From NCBI GenBank assembly GCA_017650465.1, contig JAGCEW010000092.1, positions 1-45,736 of the forward strand: DNA of 45,736 nucleotides, given 5' to 3'. Each line of letters begins with the position of its first letter. Position 1 is the first letter of the stretch. The notes below the pieces were generated by a model that was not told the origin of the DNA, did not search any database, and worked only from the letters and a program-made list of their open reading frames with translations. The stretch comes from Paludibacteraceae bacterium. Lineage in GTDB: Bacteria > Bacteroidota > Bacteroidia > Bacteroidales > Paludibacteraceae. Below are positions 1 to 8,768 of the stretch, piece by piece. Position numbers and translations under genes: made by a program.

Positions 1-1
1 C

Positions 2-622
2 GATCTGGAGGCATGGTGCAACATCGATTTTGGTGCATACGACTCATCCCCGTTCAGCCGTAATGGCTACTTAAATTATGTGGGAGGCGGAGATCTGTAT
101 GTGAATGGCACCAAAGTGACCACTTTGACCATTCCTGACGGCATTACTGAAATCAAGCATCATGCTTTCTACGGTTTCGCAGGTATTACGTCCATTGATT
201 TCAATCAGGTTACCTCTATAGGCGATGAGGCATTCAATGGGTGCCACGGTTTGAGTGAAGTCACTATTCCGGAAGGCGTGACAGCAATCGGGAATGTTGG
301 ATTCGCATATTGCACCCATCTGCAATCCATTTCTATTCCGGCATCGGCATCCTCTTTGGGAACCTCGATGCTGGCGGCCGATAATATGCTGACGGATATC
401 CATGTGCATTGGACGGAGAATATACCGGCTTGGCCGGAAAATTTCACCAAGAAATCTCCGCAGTCAAGTATCACCCTCCATGTGCCGTGTGCTGCGAGTG
501 ATTTATACCATGCAACTGACGGCTGGAACGGCTATAACCTCGAAGCCGAAGGCGGACCTTATACCATCACCGTCACCACCGACGATGCAAGCATGGGCTC
601 CGTGGCGATTACGGTCCCATAA
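2..622 (+). CDS. BspA-type leucine-rich-repeat surface protein. The 5' end lies outside the window. The C-terminus stops ~20 aa into an InlB-B-repeat-like domain.
   Basis: The reading frame is open from base 2 (DLEAWCNIDFGAYDSS...), so the ATG at 80 is internal. It contains repeated units of the type IPxGITxIxxxAFxGCxxLxSI. The tail is PYTITVTTDDASMGSVAITVP, followed by TAA at 620-622. Confidence 0.85.
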   Translation, partial: DLEAWCNIDFGAYDSSPFSRNGYLNYVGGGDLYVNGTKVTTLTIPDGITEIKHHAFYGFAGITSIDFNQVTSIGDEAFNGCHGLSEVTIPEGVTAIGNVGFAYCTHLQSISIPASASSLGTSMLAADNMLTDIHVHWTENIPAWPENFTKKSPQSSITLHVPCAASDLYHATDGWNGYNLEAEGGPYTITVTTDDASMGSVAITVP

Positions 623-707
623 CATCGTCATAACGATATAACTTTATAACCTCATAACGAAAAAAACAAATTAACAATATTATTAACAAACTAAAACACC
701 AATCAAA

Positions 708-1235
708 ATGAAACGTTTTCATGTAGTGCTCTGCGCAAGCCTTGTATGCGCAATGAACATGTTCGCTCAAACTCCGGCTTCGGACAGTAAGAATGTAGAT
801 TGCGGTAGCTCCGTAACCATCACCGCAACGCCGGCAGCCGGTTTCCACTTCGTACAATGGGAAGATGATGCCACCGCTCCCGCTACACGTACTATCTCCA
901 ACATCAAAGATGCGACGCTCAAGAACTACAAGGCTATCTTTGCTTCCAACCAAGCCATCGATCCGACTATTGACGACCCGAATAACCCAGATCCGAGCCT
1001 TGGTGACATCCTTCAACTCACTCCGAAGACCGATGACGACTGTCTTGAGTTTGAACATTGGAGCGACATCACCGATCCGACAGATCCGAACTATGCTGTC
1101 AATCCCCGTCCCTTCACCTACGAAGGTGTAGCACCGACCTTCACGGCTGTATTCAGAACGAAAGTATATACCGTTACGGTTAACGCGGACGATGACACCC
1201 AAGGTAGCGTAAGCATTACGCCGGTACTGCCCTAA
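708..1235 (+). CDS. Small secreted protein built from InlB-B-repeat-like (Flg_new_2-type) segments, with no C-terminal sorting domain
   Basis: The start is ATG in an A-rich context. There is a Sec-type signal peptide, MKRFHVVLCASLVCAMNMFAQ. Motifs include CGSSVTITATPAAGFHFVQWEDD and LQLTPKTDDDCLEFEHWSD..FTAVF. The protein ends with VYTVTVNADDDTQGSVSITPVLP. Confidence 0.75.
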   Translation: MKRFHVVLCASLVCAMNMFAQTPASDSKNVDCGSSVTITATPAAGFHFVQWEDDATAPATRTISNIKDATLKNYKAIFASNQAIDPTIDDPNNPDPSLGDILQLTPKTDDDCLEFEHWSDITDPTDPNYAVNPRPFTYEGVAPTFTAVFRTKVYTVTVNADDDTQGSVSITPVLP

Positions 1236-1270
1236 TCGGTCAGACTGCCCGAAGGGGCTAATGTCGAATA

Positions 1271-2053
1271 ATGCAACGTAGGTTGCTTTACATATTGTTT
1301 CATGCCCTTGCTGTGCCTTTGATGGCGCTCGAGGTGCCGTGCGGAACGTGGCTCACGCTACGGGCTACCGCTATGGAGGACTGGCATTTTGAGCGTTGGT
1401 CGGATGGTAACACCGACTCTGTGCGAGTGATTGAGATCACGTCGGACACAACGCTCTATGCTTTCTTTGCTGCCAATTGTGAGGAATACGCCAATCTGCC
1501 TGTAGTGGCTCTCTACGACTGGCTACTGATGCTGGATGTCCGTGCTATTCAGGCCAAAGGTTACTGGTTCGCCGAGAAGGATGTAGGGTGGTACCGCGTT
1601 CGTGGTACGCCTGACCCACTGACGGACAACACCGGCAAGGACGATGAATTTATCTGCCGCGGTTATTATCTCACCTTGGACAAGCACCTTGGCGGTACGG
1701 GCGATTATTATGCCGTGGTGGATGTCAGCAGCAGTCCGTCCGGTGTGCTGTGTACGGGACTGATGCGCTCACTCATCGTGCATTACTCGTCCGCGTCCTC
1801 TGCCGCACGACGCACACCGGTCTTGGAACCGACTGTCGTCCGGACCAACGCGCAGCAACGATTGCTCTATTTGGATGACCAGAGTCCGACCACGGTGGTC
1901 ATATACGATATGTCCGGACGACGGGTCTATAGCACGGAAGCCGACCGAGTGGACAAACTCTCTTTGAGTGCTGTCAATACGGCGGGGTGCTATCAGATGG
2001 TAGTCACCACCGGTGGCGAACAATATGTCTTACGTTATATAGTTGTGCAATGA
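1271..2053 (+). CDS. Secreted protein with an N-terminal partial B-repeat domain and a T9SS type A-like C-terminal sorting domain
   Basis: The N-terminus is hydrophobic (MQRRLLYILFHALAVPLMALE) and is followed by VPCGTWLTLRATAMEDWHFERWSDGNTD. The last ~75 aa (..TTVVIYDMSGRRVYSTEADRVDKLSLSAVNTAGCYQMVVTTGGEQYVLRYIVVQ) have the typical Por/T9SS CTD pattern. Confidence 0.8.
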   Translation: MQRRLLYILFHALAVPLMALEVPCGTWLTLRATAMEDWHFERWSDGNTDSVRVIEITSDTTLYAFFAANCEEYANLPVVALYDWLLMLDVRAIQAKGYWFAEKDVGWYRVRGTPDPLTDNTGKDDEFICRGYYLTLDKHLGGTGDYYAVVDVSSSPSGVLCTGLMRSLIVHYSSASSAARRTPVLEPTVVRTNAQQRLLYLDDQSPTTVVIYDMSGRRVYSTEADRVDKLSLSAVNTAGCYQMVVTTGGEQYVLRYIVVQ

Positions 2054-2949
2054 TAAGGGCAAAACAATATATTGGTGTTTTATTACTTTTTGTAGCATCT
2101 CCGCTTCTTGCCGGCACATCGGTCTTTTCTATCGGTGTGCGCGGCGGCGGACAGATGTGGCTGCCTCAACTTGCACCTGAAGCCAACGGCTCGGTCCGTG
2201 GCGACGTGGGAATGAACGGAATGCTGGACTTGCGCTATGCTTGGTATGGCGACTTGAGTTCACCTGTCAGTGCGGGCTTCATGCTTGGCGCGGGGGTGGG
2301 TTATGGTGCCATGGCGATAAAGGGTTCCACCTCCGATGTCTTCCGTAATATCGACTATCTCGGCAACCCGATGGACTATCGTACCACAGCGCATTTTAAG
2401 CAGAGCGAACAGTTTGCAAAAGCGGAGTTTTTAATCCTCTTCGCATTGCGGGCAGGCGGCTTTGCCGTACAGTTAGGCCCACGTATCATGTTGCCTTTTG
2501 CGGCCACGCGGCGGTTTGAGATAAGCAATGTGGATATTGATGCCTATTATGAGCAGTACAATGTTCATGTGCATAACAGGGTGATTACCGGTGCAGTGGA
2601 ACAGCCTTATACGCGCCTGAATAGTGAGAAGATGCCGAAGTGGAATATTCTTGTTGGCATTGAGGCGGGTTGGGAGTGGCCGTTGGGACGCAATGCGAAC
2701 ACTATAGGTCTGCAAGCCTACGCGGATATCGGACTATGGAATGCGTATAAGGCAGCCCCTTACACGCGTCTCTTGGATGTTGCGCCTATCACTGATGCCG
2801 CCAATCCGTCCGCCAAAGTAACGGTAGGAAGTGGGGAGTCGGTTGTCGGTTTCTATAATTACTTGGACTTCGGTCTGCGTCTGTATTATGCTTTCTCGGT
2901 GTCTTCGTCCAAGCGGCATAGGCATGTCCGAACCGGATACCGACGATAA
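2050..2949 (+). CDS. Putative outer-membrane beta-barrel protein (299 aa)
   Basis: The ATG at 2050 overlaps the upstream TGA (ATGA). The signal peptide is MIRAKQYIGVLLLFVASPLLAG. The sequence is Gly/aromatic-rich with alternating strands, and a barrel-end-like LRLYYAF is followed by a short basic tail. The 1987 start in the ORF track would overlap the preceding gene and lacks a signal peptide. Confidence 0.55.
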   Translation: MIRAKQYIGVLLLFVASPLLAGTSVFSIGVRGGGQMWLPQLAPEANGSVRGDVGMNGMLDLRYAWYGDLSSPVSAGFMLGAGVGYGAMAIKGSTSDVFRNIDYLGNPMDYRTTAHFKQSEQFAKAEFLILFALRAGGFAVQLGPRIMLPFAATRRFEISNVDIDAYYEQYNVHVHNRVITGAVEQPYTRLNSEKMPKWNILVGIEAGWEWPLGRNANTIGLQAYADIGLWNAYKAAPYTRLLDVAPITDAANPSAKVTVGSGESVVGFYNYLDFGLRLYYAFSVSSSKRHRHVRTGYRR

Positions 2950-2968
2950 GTCATTACCCACTGTCTCA

Positions 2969-3001
2969 ACACAGGATTAACACAAGATTAACACAGGATA
3001 G
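2969..3001. repeat. Three tandem copies of an 11-bp unit (ACACAGGATTA / ACACAAGATTA / ACACAGGATAG)
   Basis: Read directly from the sequence. The repeat is intergenic, just after the stop at 2949. Confidence 0.9.
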
Positions 3002-3069
3002 TAGGCCTATATGCTTGAGATGACCGAAACCTCGCTGTGAGAACAATTATCTTTCGACTTTCGACTATT

Positions 3070-3102
3070 AAAAGCGCAAAAATTCGCTTTTTTTGCGCTT
3101 TT
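3070..3102. terminator. Bidirectional-looking intrinsic terminator hairpin
   Basis: AAAAGCGCAAAAA - ttcgctt - TTTTTGCGCTTTT forms a 13-bp perfect stem flanked by A and T runs. Confidence 0.75.
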
Positions 3103-3103
3103 A

Positions 3104-3135
3104 TTTGCACATCTCAAAAAAAAGCACTACCTTTG
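3104..3135 (+). promoter_or_regulatory. Bacteroidetes sigma-A type promoter for the holA operon
   Basis: TTTG at 3104-3107 and TACCTTTG at 3128-3135, with a 20-nt spacer containing A9. This matches the B. fragilis-type -33 TTTG / -7 TAnnTTTG consensus. Confidence 0.75.
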
Positions 3136-3164
3136 CAGGCTGATTTGCTTGCAAGGAGAAAAAG

Positions 3165-4196
3165 ATGCAGAAAGCCGATGAAATAATCCGCAATCTGGAG
3201 CGCAAACAATATGCGCCGGTGTATATGCTGTGTGGCGAAGAGTCATACTACATCGACCAGGTTTCCGCCTATATGGAAGAGCATATACTGGACGATGCCT
3301 CCAAAGCTTTCGACCAGATGGTGCTGTACGGCAAAGACCTTCCGGGTGCAGACATAGCACCTGCCATCTCTCACGCACGCGGATTCGCAATGATGGGAGG
3401 ACAGAAACTCATCATCGTTCGCGAGGCCCAGACTATTAAGAAATGGGATGCACTCGGTCTCTATCTGGACAACCCGCAGCCGACATCCATCCTGGTGATT
3501 TGCTATAAATACGGCAACCCCGACAAGCGCCTTTCCGTGTTCAAGAACCTGGAGAAGAAAGGCGGTGTCTGGATGCAGTCCGACCGCCTGCGCGACTATC
3601 AGATGCCCGCTTGGATTCGGGACTATATGCAGCAACGCCTTGCCGCGCTGAGCCGCAAAGTGGATATGGATCCCAAAGTGCCGCAGATGTTGGCAGACTA
3701 TCTGGGTGCGGATATGAGTGCCGTAGTGGGCGCAGTGGACAAACTGATAGTGGGAATGCCGGAAGGGTGCCAGAAGATAGATATGGCGTTGGTGGAACGC
3801 AACGTGGGCATATCGAAAGACTACAATGTGTTCGAGTTGCAAGACGCGCTCATTAAGGGTGATGTGCTGCGGGCGCATCGTATCACGCAATACTTCGCCT
3901 CGTCGAAAGACCACCCGATGGTGAAAGAATTAGGTATCCTCTACAACTTCTTCGCCAATCTGATGCTCTACCACTATTTGCCCGACAAGTCGGAACGTGC
4001 TGTGGCGCCCGTATTGGGTATCTCGCCTTTCTTTGTGAAAGACTATGCCGCTGCCGCACGGCGCTTCTCGGCAGGAAAAACCTTCCATATCATCGGTTAT
4101 TTCCGTGAGATAGATGCGCGCAGTAAGGGAGTAAACAATCCGAGCGCCAAAGATGCAGACCTTTGGAAAGAACTGATATATAAGATTTTGCATTGA
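3165..4196 (+). CDS. holA: DNA polymerase III delta subunit
   Basis: 343 aa. The N-terminus YAPVYMLCGEESYYID and the overall pattern are typical of Bacteroidetes HolA. Its stop overlaps the next ATG (ATGA). Confidence 0.85.
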   Translation: MQKADEIIRNLERKQYAPVYMLCGEESYYIDQVSAYMEEHILDDASKAFDQMVLYGKDLPGADIAPAISHARGFAMMGGQKLIIVREAQTIKKWDALGLYLDNPQPTSILVICYKYGNPDKRLSVFKNLEKKGGVWMQSDRLRDYQMPAWIRDYMQQRLAALSRKVDMDPKVPQMLADYLGADMSAVVGAVDKLIVGMPEGCQKIDMALVERNVGISKDYNVFELQDALIKGDVLRAHRITQYFASSKDHPMVKELGILYNFFANLMLYHYLPDKSERAVAPVLGISPFFVKDYAAAARRFSAGKTFHIIGYFREIDARSKGVNNPSAKDADLWKELIYKILH

Positions 4197-5245
4197 TGAA
4201 CAAAAAAACAGGAAAAATATTGCTGATTGTTGCCATTGTGATAGCTGCTTTGTTGTTTCTGTCCGGCAGTTTTGTGGCGGAGCAGATGTATCGCTACCAG
4301 GTGTGCAATTTCACGAGTCGTGACGGCAAAAGTCATGGATACCATGTGTATCCCGATATGGATGCGGACAGCCTCTTTCGTCTGATGCAGAACGATTACG
4401 ATGTGGCATCTGTGTTTGACTGGCAGCTGCATAAGCGTTACATGATGTACACGCAGCCGAAAGTGGGGTATTACGAATTTCCTGAACGGATAGGAAACGG
4501 CCCTCTCATCAAACGACTGATGCGCGGAGGTGAGTCTCCGGTGCATATCACGTGGACGAACCAGATTCGTACGCATCAGCAGTTGGCGGGAAGGCTTGCT
4601 GTACAATTGATGCTGGATTCTGCCACCATAGAGGAACATTTTGCGTCCGAGGACTTTATGCGTCGTTATGACCTGACACCCGAAACGGCAGTGTGTATGT
4701 TCCTGCCGAACACCTACGAGGTGTATTGGTCTTATTCGATAGACGACCTCTTTAACCGCATGAAGCGTGAGTTCGACCGCTTCTGGAGCGATGAGCGTCA
4801 GCAGAAAGCGGATGCTTTAGGGCTCAAGCGCAGCGAAGTGGCAACGGTTGCCAGTATTGTCGAATCGGAGACACGCAACAAAGAAGAGAAGCCGCTGATA
4901 GCAAGTCTCTACCTCAACCGTGTACGCAAGGGCATGGCGTTGCAGGCTTGCCCGACGGTGATCTTTGCCACAGGCGACTTCAAGTTGAGACGCGTGCTGA
5001 CCCGTCACCTGAAGTTGGATTCTCCTTACAATACCTATCTCTATCGCGGTCTGCCGCCGGGACCGATTCGTTGCTGCAACGCAGAGAGCATAGATATGGT
5101 GCTCAATGCCCCGAAGACGGACTACCTGTTTATGTGTGCCAACCCGGACTTCTCAGGTACACACGTGTTCTCTTCCAACTACCGTCAACACGCCGCAGTA
5201 GCTGCGCAGTACAGGCACGCCTTGGATGAACGGCAAATAAAGTAA
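4193..5245 (+). CDS. mltG: Endolytic murein transglycosylase MltG (YceG family)
   Basis: There is an N-terminal TM helix. YceG motifs are [38 protein letters not shown] and [11 protein letters not shown]. Confidence 0.9.
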   Translation: MMNKKTGKILLIVAIVIAALLFLSGSFVAEQMYRYQVCNFTSRDGKSHGYHVYPDMDADSLFRLMQNDYDVASVFDWQLHKRYMMYTQPKVGYYEFPERIGNGPLIKRLMRGGESPVHITWTNQIRTHQQLAGRLAVQLMLDSATIEEHFASEDFMRRYDLTPETAVCMFLPNTYEVYWSYSIDDLFNRMKREFDRFWSDERQQKADALGLKRSEVATVASIVESETRNKEEKPLIASLYLNRVRKGMALQACPTVIFATGDFKLRRVLTRHLKLDSPYNTYLYRGLPPGPIRCCNAESIDMVLNAPKTDYLFMCANPDFSGTHVFSSNYRQHAAVAAQYRHALDERQIK

Positions 5246-5262
5246 ATACACAAACAGAAGAT

Positions 5263-6504
5263 ATGAAAAAGAATCACTATTTATTCACTTCCGAGTCCGT
5301 TTCAGAGGGTCATCCGGACAAAGTGGCAGACCAGATCAGCGATGCAATATTAGACCACTTTCTGGCTCAAGACAGTCACGCTCACGTAGCTTGTGAGACG
5401 CTGGTGACGACCGGTCAGGTGGTCGTGGCTGGTGAGGTGAAAGCGCGTTGCTATGTGGATGTGCCGTCGGTGATACGTAATACGATCCGTCGTATCGGCT
5501 ACACGCGTTCGGAGTATAAGTTCGATGCCGAGAGTTGTGGCGTCTTACAGGCCTTGCACGAACAGTCAGCGGATATCGACCGCGGTGTGAGTCGTGGTGC
5601 CAAGATCAGTCAAGGTGCCGGCGACCAGGGAATGATGTTCGGTTATGCCACGGTGGAGACCGAAAGTCTGATGCCTCTCACATTAGATATGGCTCACACC
5701 TTGGTTTATACGCTCGCGCGCATACGAAAAGAAGGTAAGCAAATGACGTATCTTCGTCCCGATGCCAAAAGTCAGGTGACGATTGAATATGACGAACAGA
5801 ACCGTCCTGTGCGCATCGATACCATCGTCGTTTCCACCCAGCACGATGAAGGTGTATCGCAGAGCCGGATAGCCGATGATATCCGTCATATCCTCTTGCC
5901 CGAAGTGGCACGACGTGATACACGCTATGCCGAACTGCTGAAAGGTGACTTCCGTCTGTTGGTCAATCCGACAGGGAACTTCGTCATCGGTGGTCCTCAC
6001 GGAGACACGGGACTGACAGGGCGTAAGATTATTGTAGATACCTACGGTGGTCGTGGTGCGCACGGAGGTGGAGCGTTCTCAGGTAAAGACCCGTCCAAAG
6101 TGGACCGTTCGGCAGCATACGCAGCCCGCTGGATAGCCAAGAATATGGTGGCAGCCAGTGTTGCCAAGCAGATGTTGGTACAGGTTAGTTATGCCATCGG
6201 CGTGGCACGACCCGTCAGTCTAAATGTCCAAACCTTTGGCACAGGTATTGTGCCGGATAACGAGATAGCACAAAAAATCAACCAACTCTTTGACCTCCGT
6301 CCGGGAGCAATCGAACGCGACCTCAAACTGCGTCAGCCTATGTATGAGGAAACGGCTTCGTACGGCCATTTCGGACGTAAGAACGAGTGCGTGCGCAAAT
6401 CGTTTATCAACGGAAACGGCCACGTGGTGGAGAAAGAAGTGGAACTCTTCACCTGGGAAAAACTGGACCGCGTAGAGAGTATAAAAAAAGCATTTAATCT
6501 ATGA
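5263..6504 (+). CDS. metK: S-adenosylmethionine synthetase
   Basis: Motifs are [36 protein letters not shown] and [19 protein letters not shown]. Confidence 0.97.
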   Translation: MKKNHYLFTSESVSEGHPDKVADQISDAILDHFLAQDSHAHVACETLVTTGQVVVAGEVKARCYVDVPSVIRNTIRRIGYTRSEYKFDAESCGVLQALHEQSADIDRGVSRGAKISQGAGDQGMMFGYATVETESLMPLTLDMAHTLVYTLARIRKEGKQMTYLRPDAKSQVTIEYDEQNRPVRIDTIVVSTQHDEGVSQSRIADDIRHILLPEVARRDTRYAELLKGDFRLLVNPTGNFVIGGPHGDTGLTGRKIIVDTYGGRGAHGGGAFSGKDPSKVDRSAAYAARWIAKNMVAASVAKQMLVQVSYAIGVARPVSLNVQTFGTGIVPDNEIAQKINQLFDLRPGAIERDLKLRQPMYEETASYGHFGRKNECVRKSFINGNGHVVEKEVELFTWEKLDRVESIKKAFNL

Positions 6505-7097
6505 ATCGACCACAGAAACAGACCACTTTTGTCGCCGTGCTGATAGTCGTTCTGTTGGCACTGGATCAGGCGCTGAAGTTGTATATACATTCACATTTCA
6601 CCTTGGGCGAAAGCGTTGCTGTACTTCCGTTCTTCGAGCTCTGCTATGTGGAGAACAACGGGATGGCGTTTGGCATCGAGTGGTTCAGCAAGTTGTGTCT
6701 GACCTTGTTTCGAATCGGTGCCGTCGGTGTGCTGGGGTGGTATATCCATCGTTTGATTCACGTTGTACATGCCCGCACAAGTTATCTTGCTATGGTGTCG
6801 ATGGTGACGGCGGGTGCATTGGGAAATATCATCGACTGCGTGTTTTATGGTCGTCTGTTCGGCTACGCCGGATGGTTCTATGGTCGTGTGATAGATATGT
6901 TGTATTTCCCCTTGATTCGTGACGCGTCAGGCGAATGTCTGTTTTTCCGACCAGTCTTCAATCTGGCAGACAGTTGTATCACGATAGCTATATTGGCTAT
7001 TGTCTTCTGGTTTCGTAACGATCTGGACAGCAGTCTGCGTCCTGTCTCTTCGCCCGAAGCGAACCCGTCGCAACAAGGAAAGGAATTAGAGAAATGA
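6501..7097 (+). CDS. lspA: Lipoprotein signal peptidase (signal peptidase II)
   Basis: Multi-TM protein with the VENNGMAFG and FNLADSCI motifs. It has ATGA overlaps at both ends. Confidence 0.92.
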   Translation: MNRPQKQTTFVAVLIVVLLALDQALKLYIHSHFTLGESVAVLPFFELCYVENNGMAFGIEWFSKLCLTLFRIGAVGVLGWYIHRLIHVVHARTSYLAMVSMVTAGALGNIIDCVFYGRLFGYAGWFYGRVIDMLYFPLIRDASGECLFFRPVFNLADSCITIAILAIVFWFRNDLDSSLRPVSSPEANPSQQGKELEK

Positions 7098-7555
7098 AAC
7101 AAAAGGTCTTGCTGTGCTTATTGGTGTTGCCCTTGCTTGTGGTCGGCTGTCGTCCTCGCAACGTGCTATCTGTCCATCAAATGAAGGAGGTGCTTTATGA
7201 CTTGCACCGCGTAGAGGGACTACTTTCCGTCTATGGCTACGAGTGGCAGTTGGATAGCACGATGGTGAAGTACTATGGTGCCGTTCTGGACAAACACGGA
7301 ATCACCCAAGCCCAGTTTGATTCGTCGCTGGTCTGGTACACCGACCACCCACAGATGTTTGACAAGATCTATCCGCATATCATTCAGCGATTAGAGGCAG
7401 AGCAGAAAGAATTGAGCGAACAGTTGACCTCTGGTGTTCGTGATTTGCGGCGACTTCCACAAAGGCAGGTTCCGTCGTTCGATTTGGATAAAACCTTGGA
7501 TCGCAGTCTGCATGGCTTGCAGCCTATCATGTTCCGCCAAAAGGAGGAAAATTAG
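7094..7555 (+). CDS. DUF4296-like lipoprotein
   Basis: Signal/lipobox-like LLVVGC. Contains MKEVLYDLHRVEG and AQFDSSLVWYTDHPQMFDKIY. Its position directly after lspA is typical in Bacteroidales. Confidence 0.7.
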   Translation: MKQKVLLCLLVLPLLVVGCRPRNVLSVHQMKEVLYDLHRVEGLLSVYGYEWQLDSTMVKYYGAVLDKHGITQAQFDSSLVWYTDHPQMFDKIYPHIIQRLEAEQKELSEQLTSGVRDLRRLPQRQVPSFDLDKTLDRSLHGLQPIMFRQKEEN

Positions 7556-7562
7556 GGAAAAA

Positions 7563-7585
7563 GCGGTTTTTTTGAAAAAAACTGC
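7563..7585 (+). terminator. Weak A/T-rich hairpin after the holA-operon stop
   Basis: GCGGTTTTTTT g AAAAAAACTGC lies 8 nt after the stop. There is no downstream T-run, so termination is uncertain. Confidence 0.3.
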
Positions 7586-7592
7586 AAAAAAG

Positions 7593-7624
7593 TTTGCACA
7601 GTTCAAAAAAAAGCAGTACCTTTG
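7593..7624 (+). promoter_or_regulatory. Promoter for rplM-rpsI
   Basis: TTTG at 7593-7596 and TACCTTTG at 7617-7624, with a 20-nt spacer containing A8. It leaves a ~120-nt leader before the ATG at 7749. Confidence 0.75.
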
Positions 7625-7748
7625 CACGCTTTTTTCGGTGAAACGAAAAGCTATAACTAAATACTAATCGTCAAGCTGGGCAGTGGTCCCTGTGCTTTTT
7701 GGGGCGTAAATGATGTCTGTCGGCTTGGCCTAATAACAAACAAAACAA

Positions 7749-8204
7749 ATGGATACTTTATCTTACAAGACAGTGTCTGCCAACAAGGCTACCGTGCAGA
7801 AAGAGTGGGTAGTAGTGGACGCTGAAGGCCAGATTCTCGGCCGCATGTGCACGAAGATTGCTAAACTGCTTCGTGGTAAGTACAAACCCAATTTTACGCC
7901 GAACGTAGATTGTGGTGACAACGTAATCGTAATCAATGCTGACAAGGTGCAGCTCACCGGTAACAAGTGGACCGGCCGTACCTATGTTCGTTATACCGGA
8001 TATCCCGGTGGTCAGCGTGAGATGACTCCCGCTCAGTTGCTGGAAAAAGGCGCAGACCGCCTCGTTCGTAAGGTCGTTAAAGGAATGCTGCCCAAGAATC
8101 GTCTGGGTAACAAACTGATCACGAACTTGCACATCTTTGCAGGTGCAGAGCATAATATGCAAGCACAGCAACCCAAACAAATTGACATCAACACCCTTAA
8201 ATAA
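7749..8204 (+). CDS. rplM: 50S ribosomal protein L13
   Basis: 151 aa. Contains WVVVDAEGQILGRMCTKIAKLLRGK and YTGYPGG. Confidence 0.97.
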   Translation: MDTLSYKTVSANKATVQKEWVVVDAEGQILGRMCTKIAKLLRGKYKPNFTPNVDCGDNVIVINADKVQLTGNKWTGRTYVRYTGYPGGQREMTPAQLLEKGADRLVRKVVKGMLPKNRLGNKLITNLHIFAGAEHNMQAQQPKQIDINTLK

Positions 8205-8216
8205 TATTGAAGAATT

Positions 8217-8603
8217 ATGGAGACAATTAATGCATTAGGTCGTCGTAAAGCCGCAGTCGCACGCGTTTATGTAAGTGAAGGTGCCGGCAAAATCACCATC
8301 AATGGTCGTGACCTGGAGGTTTATTTCCCCAGCTCGATTCTTCAATTTGTAGTAAAACAACCTTTGGCAAAACTCGATGTACTGGAGAAGTACGACATCA
8401 AGGTGAACCTGGATGGCGGTGGCTTCAAAGGTCAAGCTGAGGCACTGCGTCTGGCTATCGCTCGCGCATTGGTGAAAATCAATCCGGAAGATAAGCCCGC
8501 TCTGAAAGCGGAAGGCTTTATGACTCGCGATGCTCGTGAGGTTGAACGTAAGAAACCCGGTCAACCCAAAGCTCGTAAACACTTCCAGTTCAGTAAACGT
8601 TAA
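8217..8603 (+). CDS. rpsI: 30S ribosomal protein S9
   Basis: 128 aa. Contains GRRKAAVARV, with a C-terminal KKPGQPKARKHFQFSKR. Confidence 0.97.
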   Translation: METINALGRRKAAVARVYVSEGAGKITINGRDLEVYFPSSILQFVVKQPLAKLDVLEKYDIKVNLDGGGFKGQAEALRLAIARALVKINPEDKPALKAEGFMTRDAREVERKKPGQPKARKHFQFSKR

Positions 8604-8609
8604 CATCCA

Positions 8610-8646
8610 ATTTCGGCAGATGTCCTTCGGGACCTACTGCCGAAAT
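8610..8646 (+). terminator. Strong stem-loop (UUCG tetraloop) after rpsI; a terminator or attenuator
   Basis: ATTTCGGCAG-at-GTCC-ttcg-GGAC-cta-CTGCCGAAAT is followed by GCTTCTTTG. No canonical promoter is visible between it and rpsB. Confidence 0.6.
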
Positions 8647-8768
8647 GCTTCTTTGTCCCCAACCGCCTTTGGCAGGTGCTCCGCTTGATCGAGTGGGAGT
8701 GAACGGATGAAAGAAGTGCGGATAATAAATATCAACTATTTATCAACTATCAAAAATCAACATTCAAA

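Noticed and set aside
619-658. Five ATAAC motifs spaced 8-11 bp apart in the gap after the LRR gene
   Set aside because: The motif is very short in an A+T-rich spacer and the spacing is irregular, so there is no basis to call it a site.
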